Origin: an uncultured Desulfarculus sp.
GTDB taxonomy: Bacteria; Desulfobacterota; Desulfarculia; Desulfarculales; Desulfarculaceae
Assembly (NCBI GenBank): GCA_963665125.2
Contig: CAXXUK010000002.1
Span: forward strand, 512,001-576,000
DNA: 64,000 bases
Direction of reading: 5' to 3'
In this document: positions 1 through 8,944 of the stretch, piece by piece
How the letters are laid out: each line of letters begins with the position of its first letter
How positions within the stretch are numbered: position 1 is the first letter of the stretch
Program-made: the position numbers and the translations under genes
The notes under the pieces: model-generated
The model's input: the letters and a program-made list of their open reading frames with translations, nothing else
What the model was told of the DNA's origin: nothing
The model's database searches: none

Positions 1-489
1 AAAATACGTAACTGCTTGGAACAGTTTGAAAACGAAATAGGCGGCGGTGCGCACCTTCATTGTACGGAATTTACCCGTTTGCATGCCCTCTTCCAAGACT
101 TCGCCCAGTAAGTCCAAAATGCCTTCTTCCACCTGCAAACGGAAGGGTTCGGCCAGAAACGGCAGGTATAGGTTATCTTCGTCGCGCAATATCTTGACCA
201 TGAACGGTTCCCGGCTGAAGTAGCCCACCGCCGCCGGGACTATGGCCTTGAGCCTCTCCACCGGATCCTGGACATGCCCGACCTGTTCCAGTATGGACTT
301 GCGGGCCTTGAAAGCCTCGTCGATGAATACGGCGACGAACAGTTCTTCCTTGCTGCGGAAAAACTCGTACAAGGTCTTTTTACTGATGGCCGCGGCCTTG
401 GCCACTTCGTCCATGGTTGTCTTTTTGACACCGAAACGGTCAAAAAGAGATCTCGCCGCTTCAAGTACTTTATTCTGCCGTTGGTCCAT
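1..489 (-). CDS. TetR/AcrR family transcriptional regulator (3' end runs off the window)
   Basis: Not in the ORF track. Manual translation from ATG 489 gives MDQRQNKVLEAARSLFDRFGVKKTTMDEVAKAAAISKKTLYEFFRSKEELF, a canonical TetR N-terminal HTH. Confidence 0.9.
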   Translation of the reverse strand, partial: MDQRQNKVLEAARSLFDRFGVKKTTMDEVAKAAAISKKTLYEFFRSKEELFVAVFIDEAFKARKSILEQVGHVQDPVERLKAIVPAAVGYFSREPFMVKILRDEDNLYLPFLAEPFRLQVEEGILDLLGEVLEEGMQTGKFRTMKVRTAAYFVFKLFQAVTYF

Positions 490-619
490 GGCCGGCCAGT
501 CCCCTTGCAGTGTAATCATGTACGAACTTGGGCAGATATTACACTTTAAGCTGGGTAATGTATAGGCGGTAGAAGCGGGCAGGGGCGGCAGATCAGCGCG
601 CCCCCACCCGTAAGGGGCT

Positions 620-1042
620 TTATCCGCAACTTTGGAATTTGGGAGCCTCGGGCACGCAGTCGGCGCCTTGGCCGGGGCAGTCAATGATGCAGATCAGTTC
701 CACTGGCTCATCGCCCAGCACGGTACCGCGGTGCTGCTCGTCTTCGTAAAACACCACGCAATCGCCGGGTCCGGCCTCGACCTTTTCGCCGTCGCCGTTT
801 TCAAAGACCATGCGCCCGCTGATGATTAGCGGGGATTGCACGTATGTGTGGTTGTGAAAGGGGATCATCTCCAGAGGCAGGCCGGGTTGCAGAGTATAGC
901 GGCGCACGGCGTGTTTGTGGTGATAACGTTCGTCGCCCACTTCATTGCTGAATATCCACTGGATGATCATCATGTCGTTTGGCAGGCCGAAAGGCTTGCC
1001 CACATCGATCTTTTGCACATCGTCTCTTTTACGCAGGATCAT
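620..1042 (-). CDS. Cupin domain protein
   Basis: PFHNH...GRMVF...AGPGDCVVFYEDEQHRG cupin motifs; co-oriented with the lactonase-fold gene and tetR. Confidence 0.8.
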   Translation of the reverse strand: MILRKRDDVQKIDVGKPFGLPNDMMIIQWIFSNEVGDERYHHKHAVRRYTLQPGLPLEMIPFHNHTYVQSPLIISGRMVFENGDGEKVEAGPGDCVVFYEDEQHRGTVLGDEPVELICIIDCPGQGADCVPEAPKFQSCG

Positions 1043-1056
1043 TTTTTCACTCCTAA

Positions 1057-1887
1057 TTACTTGATGCCGGTGACCAGCAATGACGGCTCATGGCCGGGAA
1101 TGATGAAACCGGGCTCGTCTTTTTCCGCGATGGCCTTGACCTTCTGAACGCTGTCGTAGAAGGCGTAGTAGTCGTAAATAATGGAATGCGGCACGGCCGG
1201 ACCGAATACCTCCGGCGCCGGAGGTATGGCGTGGGTTTTGCCGTGCATGTCCATCATTTCCGTCAGGCCGGGGAACATCATGAAGTTGAAAAGAGATAAA
1301 TCGCCAACCAGGACCCTGACGCCGCCGGCCGTGTTGACGGCCACCGACTGGCTGCCCAGGGAGTGGCCCGGCGTTTTGTAGAGTTTTATGCCGTCGGCTA
1401 TCTCATAGTCGCCGTCAATGGCCAGCCGGGGCATGGCCTTGATTTCTTCCACCACGCCGGGGTCATAGTCCATGCGGATGTTCTGCACGGGCAGGGGCGA
1501 AAGCAGATTGAGCCATTCGTCTTTTTGAAAGACAAGCTTGGCGTTTTCAAAAAGTTTGCAGTTGGCCGCGTGGTCGTTGTGCAGGTGGGTGTAGATCACC
1601 GTGTCGATGTCTTTGGGCCCCAGGCCTTCCTTTTCCAGGGCCGACTTGATGAACGAACTGCCGCCCTCGGCGGGCAACAGGCCCCAGGCCATGCCGTCGA
1701 TGATGAAGTTTTCCGAAATACCCGAGTCGACCAGGATGTTGCGGCCCTGGCTTTGCAATAAAAAACCCAGGTACGGCGCGCTGAGCTCTGGGTCGGTTTG
1801 CAGCGGTGGCATGCCGTTGGGCCAGATCAACGACAGTTTGGCCGTGATCTTGCCCAGATAAAGCACCTTGATTTCCCATTTGGTCAC
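1057..1887 (-). CDS. Metallo-beta-lactamase-fold hydrolase, N-acyl homoserine lactonase-like family
   Basis: THLHNDH, TPGHSLG and GHE motifs; GTG start at 1887 preferred because GGAGG lies just upstream. Confidence 0.85.
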   Translation of the reverse strand: MTKWEIKVLYLGKITAKLSLIWPNGMPPLQTDPELSAPYLGFLLQSQGRNILVDSGISENFIIDGMAWGLLPAEGGSSFIKSALEKEGLGPKDIDTVIYTHLHNDHAANCKLFENAKLVFQKDEWLNLLSPLPVQNIRMDYDPGVVEEIKAMPRLAIDGDYEIADGIKLYKTPGHSLGSQSVAVNTAGGVRVLVGDLSLFNFMMFPGLTEMMDMHGKTHAIPPAPEVFGPAVPHSIIYDYYAFYDSVQKVKAIAEKDEPGFIIPGHEPSLLVTGIK

Positions 1888-2110
1888 TTTGGTCCTCCCT
1901 GAAATAGACAAAAAAACTAAAAGCGTTTATAAGTTTACATAAGCCGATGTTTGTGTCAATATTTTTTATGTATGCGACAAAAGCCTGATAATCGCAGGGA
2001 CATCTTGCCAGGAGCCCCTAATTGGGATAGACCTTTAGGCCAGTGCTGAGATTAAATTCACAATGAGAATCCGCCGCCATACGCGGCGCGTTCAACCATG
2101 GAGTTGCACA

Positions 2111-3823
2111 ATGAAATTGGTAATCATCGGTGGAGTAGCCGGAGGGGCTACGGCAGCGGCCAGGGCCCGTCGTTTGGACGAGAGCGCTGAAATAGTAATT
2201 TACGAGCGGGGCCAGTATGTTTCGTTCGCCAACTGCGGTCTGCCCTATTACATAGGCGAGGTGATCCAGGAGCGCGACGCCCTTTTGGTCAGCACCCCGG
2301 AGATGTTCAAGGGTAAATACAACGTCGACGTCAAGGTGATGAGCGAAGCCGTGGCCATCGACCGCCAGGCCAAGACCGTGACCGTCAAGCACCTGATGAC
2401 CGGCCAGGAGATCACCGAAAGTTATGACAAGCTGATTCTCTCTCCCGGCGCCGAACCGGTAAAGCCTCCCCTGCCCGGCGTGGATCTGCCCGGCGTGCTG
2501 AGCCTGCGTTCCATCCCGGATTCGGATACGATCAAGGCCCTGGTGGATTCGGGCAAGGTCAAAAAGGCCGTGGTGGTCGGCGGCGGCTTCATAGGCCTGG
2601 AGATGGCCGAAAACCTGGCCGAGCGCGGCGTGCGGATTACCCTTGTCGAGGCCATGGACCAGGTCATGCCTCCCATTGACTATGAAATGGCCACCTTGGT
2701 CCACGCCAACCTGGAGCTCAAAGGCGTCGACCTGCGCCTGAAGACCAGGATCACCGGTTTTGAACAGGCCGGAGAGGGCCTGCTGGTCAACACCGAGGCC
2801 GGCGACAAGATCGAATGCGACCTGGCCCTTTTGTCAATCGGCGTGCGCCCGGAAAACGAGTTGGCCAAACAGGCTGGCCTGGACATTGGCCCCAGGGGCC
2901 ACTTCCTGGTGGACAACAGCCTGCGCACCAACGATCCGGACATTTTCGCCGTGGGCGACGCCGTGCAGATCTGGGACTATGTCACCGGTCTGCCCGTGGC
3001 CATGGCGCTGGCCGGTCCGGCCAACCGCCAGGGCCGCATCGCCGCCGACAACGCCATGGGCCGCTCCACCGTGTACCGCGGGGCCCTGGGCACTTCCGTG
3101 GTGGGCCTGTTCGGCCAGGTCATCGCCAGCACCGGGCCGTCCCAGAAATTCCTGGAGGCCAACAACGTGCCCCATATGGTCGTCTACAGCCATTCGCCCA
3201 ACCACGCCAGCTACTACCCGGGCTCGGAGATGATGGCCGTCAAGCTCATCTTCGCTCCGGGCAGCGGCAGGGTCCTGGGCGGCCAGATCATTGGCGGTCC
3301 GGGCGCGGAAAGGCGCATCGACGTGCTGGCCACGGCGGCCAAGGCCGGGCTGAGCGTATTCGACCTGGAAGAGCTGGACCTGGCCTATGCACCGCCGTTC
3401 GGCTCGGCCCGGGACCCAATCAACGTGGCGGGCATGGTGGCGGCCAACATGCTGCGCGGCGACATGAAAGCCGTTACGCCCCTGGCCATCGAGGACATGG
3501 ACCCGGAGAACGATGTGCTCATCGACGTGCGCTTTGACGACGAAGTGGAAGAAACGGGCACCATCAAGGGCTCCATGCACATCCCTCTGCCCCAGCTGCG
3601 CTCGCGGCTGCCCATTCTGGACAAGTCCAAGCGCTACCTGGTGTACTGCGCCATCGGCCTGCGGGGCTATCTGGCCTACCGCATCATGGTCCAAAACGGC
3701 TTTAACGTGGTGAATATCCTGGGCGGTTTCGGCCTGTACAGGCCCTGGTTGGGCCGGGCGGAAGGCGCCATCGTGGACAAGGATCAGGCAATCACCCTGG
3801 GCGCGGCCTTTGCCGCCTCGTAG
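2111..3823 (+). CDS. cdr: CoA-disulfide/persulfide reductase with C-terminal rhodanese domain
   Basis: GGVAGGATAA FAD motif, SFANCGLPY active-site Cys, GGGFIGLE NAD motif, YAPPF, rhodanese YCAIGLRG; ATG 2111 follows GGAG. Confidence 0.9.
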   Translation: MKLVIIGGVAGGATAAARARRLDESAEIVIYERGQYVSFANCGLPYYIGEVIQERDALLVSTPEMFKGKYNVDVKVMSEAVAIDRQAKTVTVKHLMTGQEITESYDKLILSPGAEPVKPPLPGVDLPGVLSLRSIPDSDTIKALVDSGKVKKAVVVGGGFIGLEMAENLAERGVRITLVEAMDQVMPPIDYEMATLVHANLELKGVDLRLKTRITGFEQAGEGLLVNTEAGDKIECDLALLSIGVRPENELAKQAGLDIGPRGHFLVDNSLRTNDPDIFAVGDAVQIWDYVTGLPVAMALAGPANRQGRIAADNAMGRSTVYRGALGTSVVGLFGQVIASTGPSQKFLEANNVPHMVVYSHSPNHASYYPGSEMMAVKLIFAPGSGRVLGGQIIGGPGAERRIDVLATAAKAGLSVFDLEELDLAYAPPFGSARDPINVAGMVAANMLRGDMKAVTPLAIEDMDPENDVLIDVRFDDEVEETGTIKGSMHIPLPQLRSRLPILDKSKRYLVYCAIGLRGYLAYRIMVQNGFNVVNILGGFGLYRPWLGRAEGAIVDKDQAITLGAAFAAS

Positions 3824-4965
3824 AGCCTGAACAGACGGTCCATCAGATCAGCCGGATCAAAGCGGGCGCGGACGAAACGCAAACCGTTCGCGCCCATTTT
3901 TTGGGCCTTGGAGCCGTCATCCAGGCGCGCTGCGGCGTCGGCCAGGGCCGCGGCATCGCCGGGCGGCACGATATAGCCGCTTTGGCCGTGATCCAGCCAG
4001 TCGCCCACGCCGCCTACATCCGAGGCTATGGCCGGTATGCCCAGGTGCAGGGCCTCCAGCCCGACGATGCCGAAGGGCTCGGCCCACAGGCTGGGCAGCC
4101 ACAGGCTGCGGGCACCGGCCAACATAGCGCTCATGCCCCGGCGGTCCTGCCAGCCCTTGAAAACGATGCGCCCCCCGGAGTTCCGGGCCCGTTTGACGAT
4201 TTCATCCTGCATCGGTCCGCTGCCGGCCACCCACAGAGGCGGGCCGCCGCGCATCATCCCGGCCGCGTCCAGGGCCACGGCCACGCCCTTATGGCGCACC
4301 AGGCGGCAGGCCAGCAGGTGATAGCCGCCGGGGTCGCCGGTGGGCTTTTCCGTGATGCGGTGAACAAACGGCGGCAGCACCCGCAGGCGGCTCGGCCTCA
4401 GCCCGGCCTTTGTAAGCATCGCGGCCATGTATTGGGAGAGGACCAGCACCCTGCGCATCAGCCCGAGAGACTTCAGCCGCCGCCTGGTCACGGCGGCCAG
4501 GGCCTGGAAATAATCCATATCGTCAAAGCAGGCCGCGCAGTGGGAGCCCAGAGGCCTGCGGCAGGGTTGGCCGCTTGGGGTGATCATGCCCCGGCCGGGA
4601 CAAAAGGGCCGATGGTCCTGGACAATGGCCACGCACGGCGCCAGACGGGCCGCTGCGGCCGTCAGGGCCGGGTCCACCACGTTGTGGATGTGGATCACCT
4701 CGGGCTCGAAGTCGTTGATCGCCGCGGCCAGGCGCCGGAGAGCACCCCGGCCGCCCCTTGGGGCCAGTCCGCTGCGGTCCAGGCCCTTGCAGCGGGCCAT
4801 GGGGCCGATGCGCCGCCGTTCGGAAAGGGGCACGGACCTGTCGTCCCGGCCAAATACGAGCCGTGTCTCGGCCCGGCCCTGGGACAGTTCCAGGATGCCC
4901 AGCATGTGGCGGTCGGCCCCGCCGTACGCCGAGAGACGGTCGGCCATGTGCAATACGCGCAACAT
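3784..4965 (-). CDS. Glycosyltransferase family 4 (GT-B)
   Basis: PSLWAEPFGIVGLEA...ASDVGG GT4 signature; start taken at MLRVLHMAD. Confidence 0.85.
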   Translation of the reverse strand: MLRVLHMADRLSAYGGADRHMLGILELSQGRAETRLVFGRDDRSVPLSERRRIGPMARCKGLDRSGLAPRGGRGALRRLAAAINDFEPEVIHIHNVVDPALTAAAARLAPCVAIVQDHRPFCPGRGMITPSGQPCRRPLGSHCAACFDDMDYFQALAAVTRRRLKSLGLMRRVLVLSQYMAAMLTKAGLRPSRLRVLPPFVHRITEKPTGDPGGYHLLACRLVRHKGVAVALDAAGMMRGGPPLWVAGSGPMQDEIVKRARNSGGRIVFKGWQDRRGMSAMLAGARSLWLPSLWAEPFGIVGLEALHLGIPAIASDVGGVGDWLDHGQSGYIVPPGDAAALADAAARLDDGSKAQKMGANGLRFVRARFDPADLMDRLFRLYEAAKAAPRVIA

Positions 4966-5071
4966 GGCTTCTTTATGTAACAAGTTATGGGGGATTGGGA
5001 AAGCCCGGAACGGCCTAAAGGATCGGCCGCTGGAAAAAAAGCCGCTCCGGGCGGGGTGTGCGTTGACGGGC

Positions 5072-5437
5072 CTAGGCGAAAATATTGTCGGGTTTGTAGG
5101 GGTGAGTGCCCTCCACGACATCCACGCCGCATTTGGCCTTGATCTTTTTGATGATGGTTTCGGCATGGGGGCAGTGGTCGGTGATGCACGGGGCGATGTG
5201 CACCTTGGTCGGCTTTTCCTCCATGGGCGCGTTCCACAGCTTTACCTGGGCCAGGCGGGTGACAATGGTGGCGCCGGGGCAGTCGCCGCAGTTCAACAGG
5301 CCCATGACCTGGGCGTCGCTGTCGGCATAGGCCGCGAAATCGCCCTCACGGCGGTTGAAGCCCACCAGACAGCGGCTGCAACCGATGCAGACGTCGTCCA
5401 TTGCCTTTTTGCATCCAACTATGAGAATTTTTTCCAC
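5072..5437 (-). CDS. CGGC domain protein (putative Fe-S/metal binding)
   Basis: GCKK..CIGCSRC..NCGDCPG..HIAPC..HCPH..GTH pattern of the CGGC family. Confidence 0.8.
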   Translation of the reverse strand: MEKILIVGCKKAMDDVCIGCSRCLVGFNRREGDFAAYADSDAQVMGLLNCGDCPGATIVTRLAQVKLWNAPMEEKPTKVHIAPCITDHCPHAETIIKKIKAKCGVDVVEGTHPYKPDNIFA

Positions 5438-5467
5438 CTGCTACCTCACTTTTGCTTTTCGGGTGAA

Positions 5468-5863
5468 TTACGCTGTAAGCGCGCCCACGGCAACCAGCGC
5501 GTCAAAAAGTACCTGGGCTTCGTTTTGGCCGGGATTGGGCGGCAGCTTGGCCAGCAGGCCCAAACCCTCCGAGGCCTCGTGAAAGTCTTCGTCGCTCAAA
5601 TCGCTGACCACGGCGCACCCCACCAGGGCGTTGACCCAGACAAGGCGGCCCGCCAGCTCCAGGCCGGTCATGTCCGGCAGGTTCTGTCCGCAGACCAACA
5701 GGACCGGGGCGACTTCCCGGACCCGTTCCAGGGCCTCCTCGCCCGTGGCCGCGGTTATGGCCAGTAAACCCTTTTGGGCCAATCCGGCAGCCAGTTCATC
5801 GGGGTTTTTCATGGCCAGCACACAGACTGGTTTGTTGTCCGTATTCAAATGACTACACTCCAT
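5468..5863 (-). CDS. Degenerate receiver (REC-like) domain protein
   Basis: ATGEEALE...LPDMTGLELA REC-like segments, but the phosphoacceptor position reads LLVCG (no Asp); start uncertain. Confidence 0.6.
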   Translation of the reverse strand: MECSHLNTDNKPVCVLAMKNPDELAAGLAQKGLLAITAATGEEALERVREVAPVLLVCGQNLPDMTGLELAGRLVWVNALVGCAVVSDLSDEDFHEASEGLGLLAKLPPNPGQNEAQVLFDALVAVGALTA

Positions 5864-6100
5864 TTAGTTAGGGTCGTCTATCAAGATTCAAGGATCGTAC
5901 CAATGTGGGCCAAATGGTTGTTAAACTATAACAGCATGTTAGACGGAGGCACTACTTGGCGGCGCTGTTGTGAAATGCAATATGAAATGGTTATATTGCA
6001 AAATGAAATATTGCTGGCGGGCATAACCTTTGACGAAGCAGCCCGAGTGCATTAGAATCCTCCACGTTTGATACATGTTCGAACGGATTGCGGTGAAAAA

Positions 6101-7465
6101 ATGGCGCATTCCAGCGTAAATACATGGGGCGGACCGTTTCGCCTGCTGGTGGGCTCCTTTGCCGGGCTTATTTTCCTGGGCGCGGCCGTGTTGGCCATGC
6201 CTTTTTGTCACGCCGCCGAACCGGTAAAACTCCTCGACTGCCTGTTTACCTCCGTCAGCGCGGTGTGCGTCACCGGGCTGATCACCGTAGACACGGCCAC
6301 GGTGTGGTCGCCCGTTGGCCAGATCGTTATAGCCCTGTTGATTCAACTGGGCGGCATGGGCATCATGACCTATTCCATCGCCCTGTTGTATCTGGCCGGT
6401 CGTCAGCCGGGCATGCGCAGCCGCCTGGCCCTGCGCAGCGCCTTGGGCCCCATTCCGGTCAGCGAACTGGGCCTGATGATCCGCAATATCGTCCTCTACA
6501 CCGCCACCTTGGAACTGGTGGGGGCGGCGCTGTTGTACTGGCGTTTCAGTCAGCAGTTCCCGCCGCTCAAGGCCGCCGGGTTCGCCCTGTTTCACGCCAT
6601 CAGCGCCTTTTGCAACGCCGGTTTCGCTTTGTTCAGCGACAGTTTGATGGGATATGCCCACGACCCCCTGGTCAACCTGACCGTCATGGGCCTGATCTTT
6701 TTGGGCGGCATCGGCTTTTTGGTGCTCAGGGAGTTGCAGCAGCGCATTTTCAGGCGCAATGTACGCCATCCCAGAATGAGCCTCAGCGCCAAGATGGCTC
6801 TGCGCACATCGTTGGTGCTTATCGTCCTGGGCACGGTGGCCATAGCCGTATTGGAACTGGCCACCGACATCGGCCCGGATTTCGACCGCCACCCCTGGCA
6901 ATTCATCTTTTGCTCGGTGACCGCCCGCACGGCCGGTTTCAACACCATTGATTTGAATCTGCTGAGCAATTCATCGATTTTGATCCTGATGCTGCTGATG
7001 TTCATCGGAGCAAGCCCCGGATCGACCGGCGGCGGAGTCAAGACCACGGTATTCGCCACCATTTGGGCCATGGCCTATTCGCGGATGAGGGGCCGCCCCA
7101 CCACCGAGGCCTCCTACCGCACCATATCCGAAAACCAGGTCTCCCAGGCCCTGGCCCTGGTGCTGATCAGCCTGGGCGCGGTGGTGGTGGCCACTGTCTT
7201 GATGACCAGCATCGGAACCCTGGACCCTCTAACCGGCCATCATCGGGGCGATTTCCTGGTATTGGGTTTCGAGGTGGTCAGCGCCCTGGCCACGGTGGGC
7301 CTGAGCCTGGGCGCCACTCCCGTGCTGTCGGACGGGGGCAAGGTGGTTATAATCTTGTTGATGTTCATCGGCCGTCTGGGGCCGCTGACCTTGATCTACG
7401 CCCTGGCCTCACGCACCAGGGCCACGGGATATCAATTGGCCGAGGAGCAGATAGTCCTGGGCTAA
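6101..7465 (+). CDS. trkH: Trk/Ktr potassium uptake membrane subunit (KtrB/TrkH)
   Basis: SAVCVTGL, SAFCNAGF, RTAGF, GSTGGGVK and SALATVGLS pore motifs. Confidence 0.92.
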   Translation: MAHSSVNTWGGPFRLLVGSFAGLIFLGAAVLAMPFCHAAEPVKLLDCLFTSVSAVCVTGLITVDTATVWSPVGQIVIALLIQLGGMGIMTYSIALLYLAGRQPGMRSRLALRSALGPIPVSELGLMIRNIVLYTATLELVGAALLYWRFSQQFPPLKAAGFALFHAISAFCNAGFALFSDSLMGYAHDPLVNLTVMGLIFLGGIGFLVLRELQQRIFRRNVRHPRMSLSAKMALRTSLVLIVLGTVAIAVLELATDIGPDFDRHPWQFIFCSVTARTAGFNTIDLNLLSNSSILILMLLMFIGASPGSTGGGVKTTVFATIWAMAYSRMRGRPTTEASYRTISENQVSQALALVLISLGAVVVATVLMTSIGTLDPLTGHHRGDFLVLGFEVVSALATVGLSLGATPVLSDGGKVVIILLMFIGRLGPLTLIYALASRTRATGYQLAEEQIVLG

Positions 7466-7481
7466 ACGCGGAGGCAAACCA

Positions 7482-8135
7482 ATGGAAGTCGCAGTCATAG
7501 GCCTTGGTAACTTTGGCCGGGCCCTGACCGAGCAGCTTTTTGAACTTGGTCACGACATTTCCGTGGTCGATTCCAACCCTGCGGCCGTGGCCAAGGTCCA
7601 GGGCATCGCCCAACAGGCCGTGGTGGCCGACGCCACCAACCGCGGCGTGCTGGAAGAACTGGGCGTGAGCATGGCCGGAGCGGCCGTGATATCGGTGGGC
7701 GACAGCATCGGCGCCAGCGTGTTGATCACCCTGCACCTCAAGGAAATGGCCGTGCCCCAGATCATGGCCAAGGCCATCAGCACCGAACACGAAAAAGTGC
7801 TTTTGGCCGTGGGAGCCGACCGAGTGGTCTTTCCGGAGCGCGACGCGGCCCACCGCCTGGCCGGGACCCTGGACAACCCGGACCTGATGGAGTTTTTGCC
7901 CATCGGCGGCGAATACCACGTGGTGGAGATGGAAACCCCCAAGTCCATGGTCGGCAAGACCCTGATGGGCCTCGACCTGCGCAAGAATTACAATGTCAAC
8001 GTCATCGCCCTGCGCGAAAAGGGCAGCCAGCGCACCAGGGTGGTCATCAGCCCCGACTACGTCCTTACCGGCAATGACCGCATGGTGGTCCTGGGCGCGG
8101 CCAAGGACCTGGATCGCCTGCGCAAGGAGACTTGA
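7482..8135 (+). CDS. trkA: Trk/Ktr potassium uptake RCK subunit (KtrA/TrkA)
   Basis: VIGLGNFG Rossmann motif, GADRVVFPE and a C-terminal RCK_C domain; directly downstream of the membrane subunit. Confidence 0.92.
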   Translation: MEVAVIGLGNFGRALTEQLFELGHDISVVDSNPAAVAKVQGIAQQAVVADATNRGVLEELGVSMAGAAVISVGDSIGASVLITLHLKEMAVPQIMAKAISTEHEKVLLAVGADRVVFPERDAAHRLAGTLDNPDLMEFLPIGGEYHVVEMETPKSMVGKTLMGLDLRKNYNVNVIALREKGSQRTRVVISPDYVLTGNDRMVVLGAAKDLDRLRKET

Positions 8136-8249
8136 TAGCGTTGTGAAATTGTCAGCCTTTTGGCTTTCACACTTTGCAAAAAAACAGCAATTATTCAGAA
8201 AGAAAAGCCAAGGATCTAAACAATAATAATAGCGATAATATCTAAGTGA

Positions 8250-8866
8250 TTATGGATTGGAAGTGGTCGGTTCGTTGCACTTGAAAATTTTGACATGCTT
8301 AGCCATTTCAGATGGTTGATGGCACCACTCACCATCCCATGATACCTCAAAAAAATATGGTTTTTTTGAGGTATAGTTATCCGAATCAATATCGACGGCA
8401 TAAATAACAGTTTCTCCTGGATTTACAAAACCATCAAAACTAATCGATGTCCATCTCAATCCTGGTGTAAACTTTTTATTAATTATATCGATATGCCCAA
8501 AGTCAACTAGTCTTGGCTTCCTTACTCTCGGAAAAGGATCGACATTATGCTCTTCACTAGGGGTCCACAGTAACTGATATGAACCAGTTAGATTGCCTTT
8601 TTTAAATGAGCCGTCGCTGTTTTTTTTATAATAATCAGAGAGTATAATTCGTACATTATTTGCGGGTTTTAATTCATTTTTATTAGTTACTTTTAAGTGC
8701 CAAAAATAGTAAGGTAACCAACTTCAGAATACAAATCTAGAGATATACTTGTTTTGTTTCACCATATTCTTAGCCTTTCCTGAAAGAGAGCAATAATTGC
8801 AACGATCAACAATATTATGGTTTCAAAATTAATATTCCAAAAAGATTGGTTAGCCTCTCCACTCAT
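8250..8866 (-). pseudogene. Disrupted AT-rich hypothetical membrane-anchored protein
   Basis: ATG 8866 (after AAAGGTGG) gives MSGEANQSFWNINFETIILLIVAIIALFQERLRIW, then TGA at 8761-8759. After a frame change near 8700-8720 an open frame YFWHLKVTNK...FFEVSWDGEW...NP runs to TAA 8250. Confidence 0.55.
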
Positions 8867-8944
8867 ATTAATCCACCTTTGGATTGAGTTTCAGAAGAAT
8901 AACAATAACATATTAAGAAATTGGTGTATTGGCCTAAATTGGTT

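Noticed and set aside
8724..8761. TGA codons in the AT-rich islet as selenocysteine
   Set aside because: No SECIS-like hairpin, no Cys or redox context, and a frameshift accompanies them; decay is more likely.
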